Shown in pieces: positions 41,915-54,766 of a stretch of 60,599 nucleotides of DNA; positions within the stretch are counted from its first letter, which is position 1, and the number at the start of each line of letters is the position of its first letter. Location: positions 1 through 60,599 of the forward strand of contig FLMG01002427.1 in the NCBI GenBank assembly GCA_900088475.1, written 5' to 3'. This DNA comes from Hyphochytrium catenoides. Lineage: Eukaryota; Protista; Hyphochytriomycota. The notes below the pieces were generated by a model. It worked only from the letters and a program-made list of their open reading frames with translations. It was not told the origin of the DNA and searched no databases. A program made the position numbers and the translations under genes.

Positions 41915-44653
41915 CTAGAATAGGAGGAGACAGAGAATGACGAAAATGCCTAGCACTAGTAACAGCCGCGAGAGCAGTGCTTCTTGCGTCTCCGGGGGGT
42001 GGACGCCTCCCTGTGCACCTACCAGGCAGAGCACGGAGAGTAAATTTACTGGCCGACTCTTGAAAAAGTCATAGCCACTAGAAAGCGTAGACGGCCAAAG
42101 AAAAGAAGGTCGGGGACGAGAAGCAAGAGAGCAAGAGAGGATAAGTAAAGGGAAACAACAGTTACTTGTTCTCGGGAAGAAGAGAAATCGTAGAGAGAGA
42201 CAGCATGCAGCTTTACCTTGCCCTCCAACATGCATTGAACCACTGGAAAAGGATTGCTGCAAGGAGAGCCGGCAGAAGAAGAGGGATTTTGCATCAGCAA
42301 CGAATTGCTACGTTACAAGCAATATAACGAACAGATCAAAGCAGCAGAGAAGAGTCTGGCGACTTGAGAGACAACGACGAACAGTCAGGAGTAGCAGAAG
42401 TCAGCGCCAATGTGAAGGGATACAGCACAAGATAGTCAGACAGAGAAAGCAACCGTCTGACAAGAGGCCAAGCAAGTGAGAGGAATCCCAGAGCAAAAGG
42501 GAGAGAGAGGAAAGATCTCTCGAGGCAACGGGAACGCTGAGAGGAAGAAAGTGAGGCAAGAGGATAGAAGGAGAGAGAGAGAAAAGCCAAACGACCGAGA
42601 TGAAAAAGGAAAGATGGTTGAACCGAGAGAGAGGATTATGAACGGAGAGTTCACAAGCAGTAGGAACAAGAAAGCGCCCTTACAAATTGCAGCCCAAATA
42701 GAGAAGGAAAGAAACCGAAGCCAGTAGAAGAGAATCCGAAAAGAGGATTCGCGCCTCCTTGAAATGCCCCGAAGCCGGTCTGCCAGGGAACAATAAGCAT
42801 ATCAAAAGGTCAGGCAGAGAGTAGGCGAGGCACACGAGCGAAGCAGACGAAGAGAGACCAAGGCAAATAGGAGAGCCAGAGGAGAGAGGAACCTGCCGGG
42901 CGGCACCAAAGGGCGATGCAGAGCAGCTAATAGAGCAAGCAACCCCGCAAGACACATACAAACCAAATAAGGAACAACGTGTAAATACACAGGAAGAAGG
43001 AGCGAGCGAGCGAGCGAGAGAGAGAGAGAGACAGAGAGAGGGAGAGTAGACGGATGCGTATCTACCGGCGCAGCTTGCCGTCGCGGTTCAGGGCGTTGTC
43101 CTGCTGGTCTATTGGGGATATCCTCTCGATCTGTCTTGCTCCTGCAAGTATAATAGAGTGATTCTTCTGCAGCTATGTCGTTGACCTTCTCGTTCGCGCC
43201 TTGGTCGCTTTTCGTCGCCTAGTGTCTCTCTCGCCGTGTCAAGCAGTCTATCCGCACGAAACCTCTTCTCTCCTTCCCCTTTTCTGCCCTCTCTCTCTCT
43301 CCTCTCTTCTGCCCCTCCCCTTCCGTCTTCTCTTTTTCCTTCCAGTCTTCCTTTCTCTGTTCTCCTTTCCATTCTTACCGAGGATCCACGTGCTCCGCTC
43401 CTCTGCCGTACACAGGGATCACGTTCTCCCTCGTCACTCCCGCCTTACAGACAGGACATATTGTATGTCCGGTCTGGAGCCACTGATGACAGAGAGAGAG
43501 AGAGAAGGAGAGAGCAGCCCAACGAGATGAAAGGAACGATTAGTTATGTGACAGCTACAGAATCTCATCCTAGGAGAGGAGGACAGAGACGAGGGCAGAG
43601 AAATGCAAGAGTGTGGGAAGAGAGGAAGAAGGATAGGGAGACTGAGCATGCCTGATGGCTACACGAAGACCAAGAGATGAGAGAGATAGAGCTTCGAGTA
43701 GGAGCAATTACCCGGTAGAGGCATGGCCAACTGCGCTCATATATTTCCCAACCACAGAGGCGACCGAGAAAGAGGGAGACCGACCAAGAGAGGCAGTTGG
43801 GAGAGAGAGCAAGGGAGAGAGAATATGGAAGAAAGAAGAACATAGGGAAAAGAAAGGAGCGAGGTTGGGAGTACGGAGAAAGGGAAAGGAGACGGTACAT
43901 AGAGACAAAAAGAGAAAGAGACACATACCGAACGAGAGAGGCAGAGGCAACACGAGGTTAGACTCCAGTCAAACATCACAGAGCAAACCAGAAGCAGCAT
44001 CACAAACAGTTCAAAGAGAAAAACAGTCAGCAAAGGAGGAGGCTCCAGGAAACGAGGAAGAAAGGCGCAGGACATATGAGATCTATAGTATGACCATGCT
44101 AAGAAGCAGGATATGGGACAGAAAATCGTGGTCAAGGGCCAAGAGAGAGTCTGATGCTGAAGAGGAAACCCAATGAAGAGAGAGCAGGCAGGAGGAGAAG
44201 CGTCAGAAGTCGAAACGAGAGCGTAGTCGAGAGAGAAGGAAAGGGCTAGGGGCAGAGAGAGGAAAGATAAACAGCATAGCAGAGTTCTACGGAAGAACAG
44301 AGAGAGAGAAAGGTAGAAAGAAAAGAAAGAGAGAGAGAGGGAGGGAGAGGAAAGGAGAGAGTGAGAGAAAGAGAGAGAGCGACCAAACGAAACATAGCGT
44401 TGCTTGACCAACGTCTCTCTCACCAATAAAGGTGACCACAAAGAGTGATCACCGGATCTCGCACTTGCTCTAGGCAGATGTTGCACTCGAAGAAAGAGTC
44501 AGAGTCCGTGTCTCCATTTCTCCCTCGCTGGCCCCCAGCTGTCTCTGTCTTCTTCTCTTCCTCTCCCTTCTCGCCAGATCCTCTCTCTTCTCCGCTGGTG
44601 ATTTGGGTGCGGTGCCTAACACCGCTGCTGCTGCTGTCCACGGGCTCAGCCAT
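41915..44653 (-). CDS. RNF5/RNF185/RMA1-type tail-anchored C3HC4 RING E3 ubiquitin ligase
   Basis: Spliced [33 protein letters not shown]...[23 protein letters not shown], then [24 protein letters not shown] and a C-terminal [22 protein letters not shown]. Confidence 0.92.
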
Positions 44654-45259
44654 GGAGGCTAGCTCTGGAAAGAGAGAGAGAGCTTCCTCTCTGCCGCCTT
44701 ACTTGTGGGTCTTCTCTCCTCTTTTCGCGCTTTCTAGAAGAATTCCTCTCCTTCTTCCTCCTTAGTGCCTTCTTTCTGACTTTCTCTCTTCTCTGTCGCT
44801 GTCTCGACACTTGCTCCTCAGCCCAGTCTGCACCTCCGTGAGGCTTCTCGAGGGCAACGTGACGTTGAGAACTAGATTAATGACTGCGAAAGACAGAGGA
44901 TAAGTGACTTTTTATAGAAAGAAAGTGTCTTGCTGTCTGTGCCTGAAGCCTTTGAAGGTGACGCTTCTCCAATCCTCAGATGTGCGACTTCCTTCCTCAG
45001 GTACATCGCTTGGTCACTCCTCTCCCTGGACTTCCTCTCATAAGCTTATGAGCCTCATTCCTCTCTCTCTCTCTTTCTCTCTCAGAACTCCTCGTTCAGT
45101 CTCTCTCTGGCTCTCTTTCTCTTCTCCCCCTAACAGACCTTGCCTTCCAACCTCTTTCGCTGCTTTCTCATTCCTTGTTCTCTTTCTCTCTCTTTCTCTC
45201 TCTCTCTCTCGCTCTTTCTCTTCCTCTCTCTCTTTCTCTCTCTCTCCCTCTCTCTCCTC

Positions 45260-45292
<33 letters not shown>

Positions 45293-48200
45293 CCTCTCTC
45301 TCTCTTCTCTCTCTTTTCTCTCTCTCTCTTCTTTCNNNNNNNNNNNNNNNNNNNNNNNNNNNNNNNNNNNNNNNNNNNNNNNNNNTCTCTCTCTCTTTTG
45401 TCTGCCGCTCTTCCCTTTGTCCTTTCTTATTACGCTTTCATGTGTCTGTTCCTCTCTGTCTCTCTCCTCGCGGAAAAAAGCTCTTCTCTTACAACCTTCC
45501 TAAGATATTCACTAACTAACGATAACCTCCATATTTGGAGTCTAATAAGCGGTAGCTAAATATCCTCCCTAGTCCCCAAGGGCCATGGCCCGTATTTACG
45601 TCCTTCTTTCGTCGATATATAGTCCAACAAATCTCCTTGAGAGGCAGCAGCCGTCCGCAGCCTGCGCCCGATCTTCAGAAATGAAAGCGCCGCCACGGAC
45701 GAGAAGCTTTCTTTCTTCTTCTGCATCGACGGCCGCGCCTGCGCCGCCCAGGATTCCGGGAGAAGCCTCCGTCTCCCATTCCCAGCCCGTGCATAAGCCG
45801 GAGATACAGCCAATACGTCGTCGCAATGAACCAGACCACCAGCAGCTCCACCAGCTTTCAGCAATGAGATCGGCTCTACTTCCAGAGGAAAAGGCGAGCC
45901 ATCCACGGAGGATCAGAGCCTTGATTGTCATCACGCACACCCTTTTTTCTAGATGAAAGAAAGTCGTGTCGTCCATCCACTTCTTCTCTTATCTAGAGGG
46001 GCATTGTCAGGTGATGAGAATCACGGCTCTGATCTTATGGCGCGACCCTGATGAAGTTCTTTAGCGTAAAGATGGCTGCTGTGATGAAAGCTGGCGTTTG
46101 GTTTGTCGCAGCAAAATATTGGCTGTTGGCTTGTATCGGGTGCTGGGCGGGAACGGTTGGAGTCGACCTTCCTCTCTCCCGACCTCTCTCCCTCTCACAC
46201 ACACTTTCTCTCTCTCTGCTCTCTCTTTTCTGTCCGTGTGCCCGCCTTTCTCTATCTTCTCCCCTTGTCCCTCTCCTCCAACATCGTTGCTCTTGCTATA
46301 ACTGTCTTGTCCTGTCCTGCTGCTTCCATCTTCCCCATTCCTTCTGTTTATAAAGATAGAGAAAGGGTCAGTGGTGCCGTTGCAGGTGAGCGAGGAGACC
46401 GGACAGCAAGCAGCCATCATGTTTCTGCCACCAGCGCTGGAAGATATGATGAGGTCGAAGAGAAAAGGGCGGAGAGACAAACGAGTGATGGATGCTGGGT
46501 CCCAAGCAGATGAGTGGGGTGTGAGACGGAGTTGAAGAGAGTGAGGAAGAGAAACGTCCTCTGCCTCTGAAAAAGACTTAAGAGAGCATGTCGTCCGGTC
46601 CTTTCTGGTCTCACTCTCAACTCTCAATCGATCTGTCTTTCAGCAGGAGCTTCTTCTTCTTGAACTCTATCTTCCTCCGAGGAGAGGCGACAGAGAGGAA
46701 TGAGAGCGGGTCTTCTCTCCCTTTCATTCTTCGCGCATCTCTTTGCGGACTTCTTCCAAGAAACTTGCACAACCACTTACTCCCTTCTCCTTACTGCTTC
46801 TTCCGCCATACATCATGAGCCTCTCTTCCTTAAATTCTCTTTCTCTCTAATCCACTTCCGCCTGCTTTTCTTTCTCACGCTCCTTTGGCTGCTTCATGCC
46901 CTCTATGCCCTGGCCACTTTCCACAGCGGCCACACACCTCCATCCCCTACAGGCAATGGTGCAGGATCCCGAGGACAGCTGCAAAAGATAATAGTTGGGT
47001 TCAACTCCCGTGTGCTGGTTGTCAAGGATGATTCATACATCTAAAGCATGCAAGCTTGTGACCCAGAAAGTCGACCTCACTGCACTTATCGTTCCCTCTG
47101 CTGGCGCCATTGTAGCTTGGACTGAGCGAGCTTCATGGCCGCCTACTGGCGGAGTGTGTCGAGCGCTGAACCCGTCCCAGGATAGCAACCTGTCCCAAAC
47201 AAACAGAGCACAAACTGATGGATAATGCCCTGAGCCCCACATCACTCGTCCTTAGAATAGCTGTTACTCTTCTCTTGGCCGATCATTTTCTAAGGGCTAC
47301 GCCTATCAAGCAGTGGTGCAGCTCAGGGCATAATCCATCAGCTGATAGCTCCAGTGATGTCCAGTTAGGATGATAATAGCTTTCTATTCATTTACACCAT
47401 CAGCACCACCATCAGCATATGACCAGTGGCGGTAGTAGAGCTACTCCTGTGGGAGTGGGCTGGTGGCGCATCATCAGCTCATCACACCTGGGCTTATGTC
47501 CCGGAGACGGCCGATGGTACTATCGATAGGAGCTCTAGAGACTCTTATGAGGCTGCAGGATAGTATGCCGAGGTCGAAGCGCCCTCGTCCACTCGACCAC
47601 CATAGACCTGTCAAAGCCGCGAGGACATCAATCAGAAGGGAGGCGGCTTTACCTTGATCCTCTCTTAAGACTGATTGATCCCCCGCCATCACACAGTCAG
47701 TACCTCCAGCCATGGACTGAGGAGCTCCATCAATCATAATCACGAAAACGCCTTCCTGTCACCAGCTTCTCGCCCTGACCTTTTCTCATTATCCACCAGT
47801 TCATCGCGCTGCTACAAGTGTGTGGTCAACGAACCATCAGCTAACAGCTGGTCTCGTGGATGATTGCTGACTGCTAGCTGTGAATCTTGTTCGTGGTGGG
47901 GATGCGTCAAGCTATCGTGGATCTTAGTGGCTCAAAGACCGGCCAAGGAAAAGTCCAAAGCATGCGACATTCCTATCCAGTCATGCCGGCTCAGCGAAGA
48001 ACCTAACGTGCACAGCATACTCTACTGATAATTGGCAAAGTAGGGGCTTGCGAGAAGGCTTGTAGCTCGGAGGGCACCATTGTCCAAGCCAACAACCTCG
48101 GTAGTTCCACATAACCCTGCGGCGCTACTGTCCGTGAGACAGCTTCCAGCTTTGCCACCATCCAAAAAAACAAGCTTCATCAGATTTGGCCATTGACAAC

Positions 48201-49283
48201 CCTGGAAAGTAAGCATCTGATCCCAAGAGCTGTATGACAGTGGTGTAGAACTGCTTTAGCACATGCCATGTCGCCAGTGCCAGTGTTTTCCGGCTGTTAG
48301 TCCTCTTCTATCATCTTCCACAATTGTTCCCTCTTCTCAGGCTCTCTGTCGCCGGCGTCCATCATTCTCCGTCTTTCCTGAGCAATGAGGCTGCTGTTGC
48401 TTGCGGGGAAGTAATGTTTTAGGGCTGAGTATTAAGAAGGGCGCCTGTTTGTCAGTCAGTCTGTCTCACTCTGTCTCTCACTTTCTCTCTTTCTTTATCC
48501 CTCATTCTCTTTGTGTCTCGCTCTCCTTCTCAGCCTAACCTATGTGAGTGCACTATCTGCCTGTCTGATCGTCTGGCCGTAGGCCTCCTGTTGTCTATGT
48601 ACAGCGCTGCTCTAACCCATTCTGCTTAATATTAGACAGGGTGACTATGTAGGAGTAGAACTACTAGGCGACGAGTGGATCAGACGAGAGACAGGCTAGG
48701 GATCCATCATTCCGGCGATAGCGCCCGTTGAGGAGCGTGGTAGGGAAGAGACAAGACAGACAGTTAGAAAGTTTTGTGGCAAGCCAACTGAGAATGATGG
48801 AGCACGCCAACTGATGAGAGCAGATCGTCGCGAGCCCGTCTGGTCGGCAAGAAACGCTCATCATCTTCGCTGGCCAGGGAAAGGATGATAATAAGATGCG
48901 CTTGGCGGAATGGAAGACTTCTCTATTGAATTGTTGTTGGTAACACAAGGTGGGAGCATGAGGCCGCGGTGATCGTCCAGCTGCCAATTCTTGTTTGCTC
49001 TCCATCTCACACGTTTCCTATCTCAGAGCAACCAGCACCCCAGCAACACTAGTACGAAGTCTCGTTGAGGTCCCACGCCAAGACCAAGACGAGTGACTAA
49101 GCCCAGACACATCTTCGTCACAAAGAGCTAGATAACCTCAGATGGTGGGGTCAAGGCAAAAACCCCACCAACGAGAATCAGCGCGTCATACTCTCGCAGC
49201 GTGATCTGCTGTTCGTTTCTCTGCTTCTATTGCTGTTGTCATTGAGAGCCCCACGACTATCGGAAGAGCACCTTGTCTTCAAC

Positions 49284-49998
49284 ATGAAACTCTTGGCTAG
49301 GTCTACATCTCTCTTGTTGCTCGCATTTGCGGTTGAAGGACCGGCGATGGCGGTACAACCATCCCAGCCATCATCATCGGCTATCGCAGCCACAACTGCC
49401 ACCACCGCCACTGATGACGGTGCTTCTTTGTATCGAGGAATGCAGTCGGAGGAGGAGCAGCAACCGCAGGACCTAATAGATCATCAGGGGATGCAAGAGT
49501 CATGGAATGATGAAGCCTCGGACTTCTCTGGCGCCAGAGGACTGCGCTCTGCATCACAGCAGAACCCACGTCAACACTCATTGAGGAATGTTACGCATCT
49601 GGACAATGAGGAAGCCATCTCCTGAAACACGATCAGGCAGGGAAGGTTGTCAAGAAGACTGATGAGCAAGAAGAGGATGACACTGTCGTCGCTATGCCAG
49701 ACGTCAAAGAAGATTTGCAGGAAAGAGGTGATAGTACTTCTTCTCGCCGCAAATAAGAGGTCGTGGACTTCAGTCTCGTGCTCAAAATTGCCTCTTTCTC
49801 CGGTACGGGTCCTCAGTCAATGATGTACTATGCGAGGTGAGAACTGAAGATGGCCGCCATTGGTTTGGAGGCAGCAGAGGCTATCATAGCTGTAAGGCGA
49901 GCCCTTGCGGGAGGAGAGGCTGTCCCAAACGTCGGTTTAAGTTGGAGTGCGTGGATTCTTATATATACTATTTTGAATGTTGGGGCTGCAAGAAGTGA
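49284..49998 (+). pseudogene. Frameshifted paralog of the secreted 8-Cys prepro-peptide
   Basis: It has the same signal peptide start (MKLLARSTSLLLLAFA) as 52635. There is a 1-nt loss near 49618 (premature TGA 49623-49625) and a second frameshift near 49742. The downstream frame still reads QIRGRGLQSRAQNCLFLRYGSSVNDVLCEVRTEDGRHWFGGSRGYHSCKASPCGRRGCPKRRFKLECVDSYIYYFECWGCKK*. Confidence 0.8.
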
Positions 49999-51639
49999 GA
50001 GCCAGCTAGCGTCGTGTCGCTATCTGCCCATATAATGTTGCGTACAGAGCTTAGCCTTAGCCTTAGCCTCAGCTCTCAGCTTGTCAATATTTGGATCAGT
50101 ACCGCCCACTCGTGACAGTAGTAGATCTCTGGGGCTTTGCTGGTGACACCTACCAGCAGAGTGTGCTAGTAGAGGTACTTCAGAAACGTGGAGATGACAT
50201 TGAAAAGGCTGGTAGACGAGCAAACGCTTAGGCCAAACGCTGGAAAAATAAAGCACGAGGAGTGAACAACTGACTCTGCTGCTTGCACGACCTCGTCCGT
50301 CCTCTTGACTGAGGTTCTGCTCACTATGGATCTGTTGCCTCATGGCACAGTGTCTTCGCGCAAGCTGATGCCTGTCCTTCAGGACGCTGATAGGATGCTG
50401 GCGGTAGTGGTAAATGACTTAGAGAGGCGCGAGGGACAGGAAAGGAGGAGCCAAGGCTTGACTGGCGGACTACTTTCAAGCACCAGCTCTTTGTCTTGTT
50501 GGTGATTACGCTCAGCAGAGCAGAGGCTCACCAAGGAAAAACATAGCAGGTCCTAAGGCGTTATAGAACATAATCTGCGGGTGCGTCAGCTCATCCATAG
50601 ACCTACTGCAGCCGACGAGGACATTAACAAGAGGAAAGGTGAAGATCTCTTTCTATCAGCAATGATTCCTAGCACACACTGTCATCAGTACCTTCATCCA
50701 TGGGCGAACAGGCTCCATAAGCTCACAGAGGAGCCATTCTGTCACGAGCACCTCGAGTCTGACCCTGGCTCATGCTCATTCACCAGCTTCTTGGCCAACT
50801 TTCTATAATGTCTCTGCCCACCGAACCATAAACTAAGAGCTGGCTGCGTGGATGATTGCTGTCTGCTACTACCTTTATATTCTTGTTTGTGGGATGCATC
50901 AGGCCATCGTGGGTCCTGATGGCGCCGACAATGACCGGACCGAGCAGCATGCGACACTTTTATCGAAGATGCCGGCTCACGCGGCCCCATCCAGAGATTC
51001 TATACTGCACGGCCTATCCGATGGGAATGCACGAGCTTGCCATGAAAGAGTGGTGGAGGTCGAACCCCGGCCCTTAGGGGCCTTGCCCTGCTCTGGGCTT
51101 GAGGCGAAGTGAGAGTGTCGAGGCAACAGTTTTGAGGTTTCGGTGACTCTGCTGCGGAGCTACTGTCCTGCCGATAGCTTCCAGCCTTGTCGCCATTCCG
51201 AAGGAGGGACCGCTTCATAGACATCTTTAACCGCCGACATCCTGGAAACCACGCCCGCTGATCAGGAGAGCTGAATGACAGTGGTGTAGGACCGCTTTTA
51301 TCAACAGGGCAGTGCCAGAGCCACCAGACTAAATGGTTCCTTCTCTTTCTGCTGTCAGGTCCTCCTACCTTTCTCTTCTCTCATCTCAGGCTCTCTGTTG
51401 CTGGCGTTCATCATTCTCCTCCGTCCTTTCCATCCGAGGAAGCGAGGTTCTTCCTTATGTTCTTGAGAAGAATTGTCTTATAAGAGTAGAAGTGTAACAG
51501 GACGAAGTGAAAAAAGGCTCGCAAGAGCCTGAAAGGTGCGAGCCAACGAAGACCTTTTTGCTGCCATAGAAAGTTCACCTTCGGGACGGTGACTCCGACT
51601 GTTTTTCTCTCTCTCTCTCTCTCTCTCTCTGTTTCTCTC

Positions 51640-51686
<47 letters not shown>

Positions 51687-52634
51687 CTCTATCTCTCTCT
51701 TATTTTATCCTAATACGACTGATCTACCTATCTATCATCTCTTTGCATCTCTGTCCGTCAAGTACTAGGCCACAGCCCTAAACAGAGTGGATCAGACGAG
51801 AGACAGGCTAGGGATCATTTATCCCCGCGACAGGCGCCAAGTCCTGGAGTGTATAGAAGTATAGAGGGCGAAGATGGAAGTGCAACACGCTCTGGTTCTT
51901 CTTCTTCTTTGATGTAGGAGCCTTATAAAGGAAGAGTGGCTCGGTCCTCAGTCCTCTGGCCCTCTCTGGCCTTGCTTGTCTAAGATTGTTGCTCGTCTAA
52001 GAAGCCCTAAAAGTTCCTTCCATGGGTCTGCAGTGATAGCAGGACTGTCTTACGTGAGATCTCTATCATCTCTGTCCTGCATCAGAAGAAAGAACGACGG
52101 TGGGAGGAGCAGCGCCAAAAGTGGATGAGCAAGAGTGCCATGGCAGAGACAGGGAAGGGAGTCTGCTCTCTCTTCTCGAGATGCTTGCCATCTTACTGGT
52201 TCGAGAACAGGCACGCCAACTGAGAGCACAGATCGCAAGCCCGTCTGATCCGCAAGAATCGCTCATCATCTTCATTGACCACTGAGGAGCATGATGATGC
52301 GTTGACAGGAAGAAATATATCTACTGCTGCTGCGGTATCAAAAGGGTCGCCCCGCCGATGCACGTTTAGCAAACTCTCTTCCCTCTCCACTTCAAAACTT
52401 TCCTGTTTCAGGGCAGCCAGCATCATTACTCCTGGTAGAACGTCGTGAGGCCTACCGCCAAGACCAAACGAGTCACTAATCTCAGTCACGCCGGCAACCT
52501 AGGCCAAGCCACGCCAAAGAAATTCAGCACGTCATATTATTGCTACGTGATCTGTGGTCCTACTTCTGTGGCTCTGCTGCTTCTAGTCCTGCGTCATAGA
52601 CCACCCGACGGCTAGTCCCACCGTTTCTTTTTAT

Positions 52635-53348
52635 ATGATGAAGCTCTTGGCTAGGTCTACATCTCTCTTGTTGCTCGCATTTGCGGCCGACGGACTGGCA
52701 ATGGTGGTACATCCATCCCAGCCATCATCATCGGCCATCACAGCCACAACTGCTACCACCGCCACCACCGCCGATGACGGTGCGTCTTTGTTTAGAAGAG
52801 CACAATTGGAGAAGGAGCAGCCGCCGCAGGACCTGATGAATCACCAGGAGAAGAACAACGGCCCTCTTGCATCCTCTGGATCCTGGAACGAGGTGGCCGC
52901 GGGCTTCTCTGGCACCAGAGAACTGCACTCTGCACCACAAAGTCAGCTTCAACTCTCATTAGGGAATGCTGCCCATCTGGACGATGAGGAAGTCAAGCTC
53001 CTGGAACGCAATGAAGGAGGAGGGTTAGAGGAGACTAAAGGTGTCGACGCCATGACAGACGTCGAAGAAGATCAGCAACAAACCGGTGATAGCACTTCAT
53101 CGAATCATCTCAGAGGTCTAGTGGGACGCCAGTTGAGTCATCGGTATTGCCTCTCGCGCTACGGATCGTCACTTGATGAAGAGCGGTGCCTAATGAGAAC
53201 TGAGGATGGACGCCGCTGGTTTGGAGGCAGCAGAGGCTATCATAATTGTAAGGCGAGCTCTTGCGGGAGAAGAGGCTGTCCTAAGCGTCAGTTTGACTTG
53301 GAGTGCGGGGGCGGTACGTATTCTTTCGATTGTTGGGGCTGCAAGTAA
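52635..53348 (+). CDS. Intronless secreted prepro-protein: signal peptide, acidic/low-complexity pro-region, 69-aa C-terminal 8-Cys domain
   Basis: 237-aa ORF with a hydrophobic N-terminus MMKLLARSTSLLLLAFAADGLA, followed by ...HLRGLVGRQLS|HRYC...CWGCK*. Homology to the paralog at 49284 conserves all 8 Cys. Confidence 0.85.
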   Translation: MMKLLARSTSLLLLAFAADGLAMVVHPSQPSSSAITATTATTATTADDGASLFRRAQLEKEQPPQDLMNHQEKNNGPLASSGSWNEVAAGFSGTRELHSAPQSQLQLSLGNAAHLDDEEVKLLERNEGGGLEETKGVDAMTDVEEDQQQTGDSTSSNHLRGLVGRQLSHRYCLSRYGSSLDEERCLMRTEDGRRWFGGSRGYHNCKASSCGRRGCPKRQFDLECGGGTYSFDCWGCK

Positions 53349-54451
53349 GAGCCAGTTAGCGTCGTGTCACCATCTAATGGCATAGTATCATGTACAGATG
53401 TTAGCCAAAGTATCCACTTTCCCGCATCTCAGTGTTTCTAGTCAGCAACGGCCACTCCTGGCCGTAGCAGACCTCTGCCGCTTGCTGGTGATCTTTCTAA
53501 TAAGAGGAGCGTGCTGGCGGAAGACCTTCGCATGAAGGGATGACATTTCAATGGGCTGACAGATGAACGACAGCTTAGGTTAATTGGGCTAAGCAGCAGG
53601 AGTTCCCGTCCTCGTCTGTCCACTGGATTGAAGTTCCGTTCACTATGGATCTTCCCAGCTCTCTTGGCGCCATATGATGTTGACTGGGTTCAGTGTAGAG
53701 GTCTCAAGGCGAGCCCCGAAGACAGAAAGGGAAAGACTGGTTGCATACTGGCGGTAGTCAATGGCTTCGAGAGACTGGTGGGACAGGAAAGGAGGAAGAA
53801 GAGGAGCCATGGGTTGAACCTGCTGACGTTCTCAAGCGCGCCCGTTGTTCTTCTTAGCAAGATGTCATTCTGGTTACTATGATCCGCAGAGCAGAGCCCA
53901 CCAGCAAACTATATTAAGTAGGAGGACAATTGCTCTCAAGGAGATCTCGTTATACCGATTCCCCACGAAGACGCAGTCAATGCCTCCATCCAGAGGGACC
54001 AACGAGCTCGACCATGGCCGCAGACCCTTTCTGCTGTCACCATCACCCCTCACCTGACCCTGCCAGCTCATCATCAATCACCACTTTCTAAGGCATCAGC
54101 TAGCGGCTAGCTCCTGGAAGATCGCTCTGACTGCTAGGAATTAACCTGAAAGTTGGCTGCTTCGTGAGGGATATGTATCAGGCTGTGATGGATCCTGATG
54201 ATGGAGCAATGACCGACCAAAGTCCAGTGAAAAGTCGTAGCCATCTTCATCCTTTAGGTCAGTCAAACATTGCTCTTCTTTCCTCGTCTGCTCTTGAAGA
54301 CTGTCCTGGCAACCATGGCGCCGACGGGCAACAGGAAAGACAGAGCTGCGTCAGGCGCTTTACCTGGGGAGACCAAAAGGAGAAGGAAGAGGAAATCTCA
54401 CGGTGCTCTCCATATCAGCTACTTGCTGCCATAGTGGTGGATGAGCGTCTT

Positions 54452-54484
<33 letters not shown>

Positions 54485-54766
54485 TTTCTCCTGTCGGTGC
54501 TTTCTCTTCACTTCCCGTCTTTCTTTGTTGATGGATAATAGCATCGATGTGTCTTAAGGAGGTTTAAGGAGGCTTATGAGGTGAGAGCTCCTAGGTTGCG
54601 ATGCCATGCCAGACCTCTGGCTGGCGCTACTACCAGTGCCTAGCTTCGTCAGAGGCAGGTGCTGGATGTCGAGACCGTCCTCGTAGTTCCAACCTCGTCT
54701 GCACCGCTCTAGAGGTAGGCTGATCATGCACGTGGTAGCGTCAAATAGATCTCATAGTTAGACAAT

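Larger units (their letters stand above)
47420..54230. repeat. Degenerate tandem segmental array, unit ~3.0-3.4 kb (one partial and two near-complete units)
   Basis: Shared anchors: gagtggatcagacgagagacaggctagggatc at 48673 and 51785; atgacagtggtgtag at ~48234 and ~51275; ctcaggctctctgt..catcattctcc at ~48336 and ~51386; tggcggtagt at ~47427, ~50399 and ~53749; ggatgc/ggatatg..tca.gc..atcgtgg/gatgg at ~47900, ~50892 and ~54169. Outer boundaries are approximate. Confidence 0.85.

Noticed and set aside
45556-45976. Three overlapping ORFs of 116-126 aa in GC-richer unique sequence
   Set aside because: No recognisable motif or consistent splice model, and the strand cannot be chosen.
50046-50075. 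(TTAGCC)3 repeat as an interstitial telomere
   Set aside because: Only three units, and it does not match TTAGGG/TTTAGGG-type repeats.
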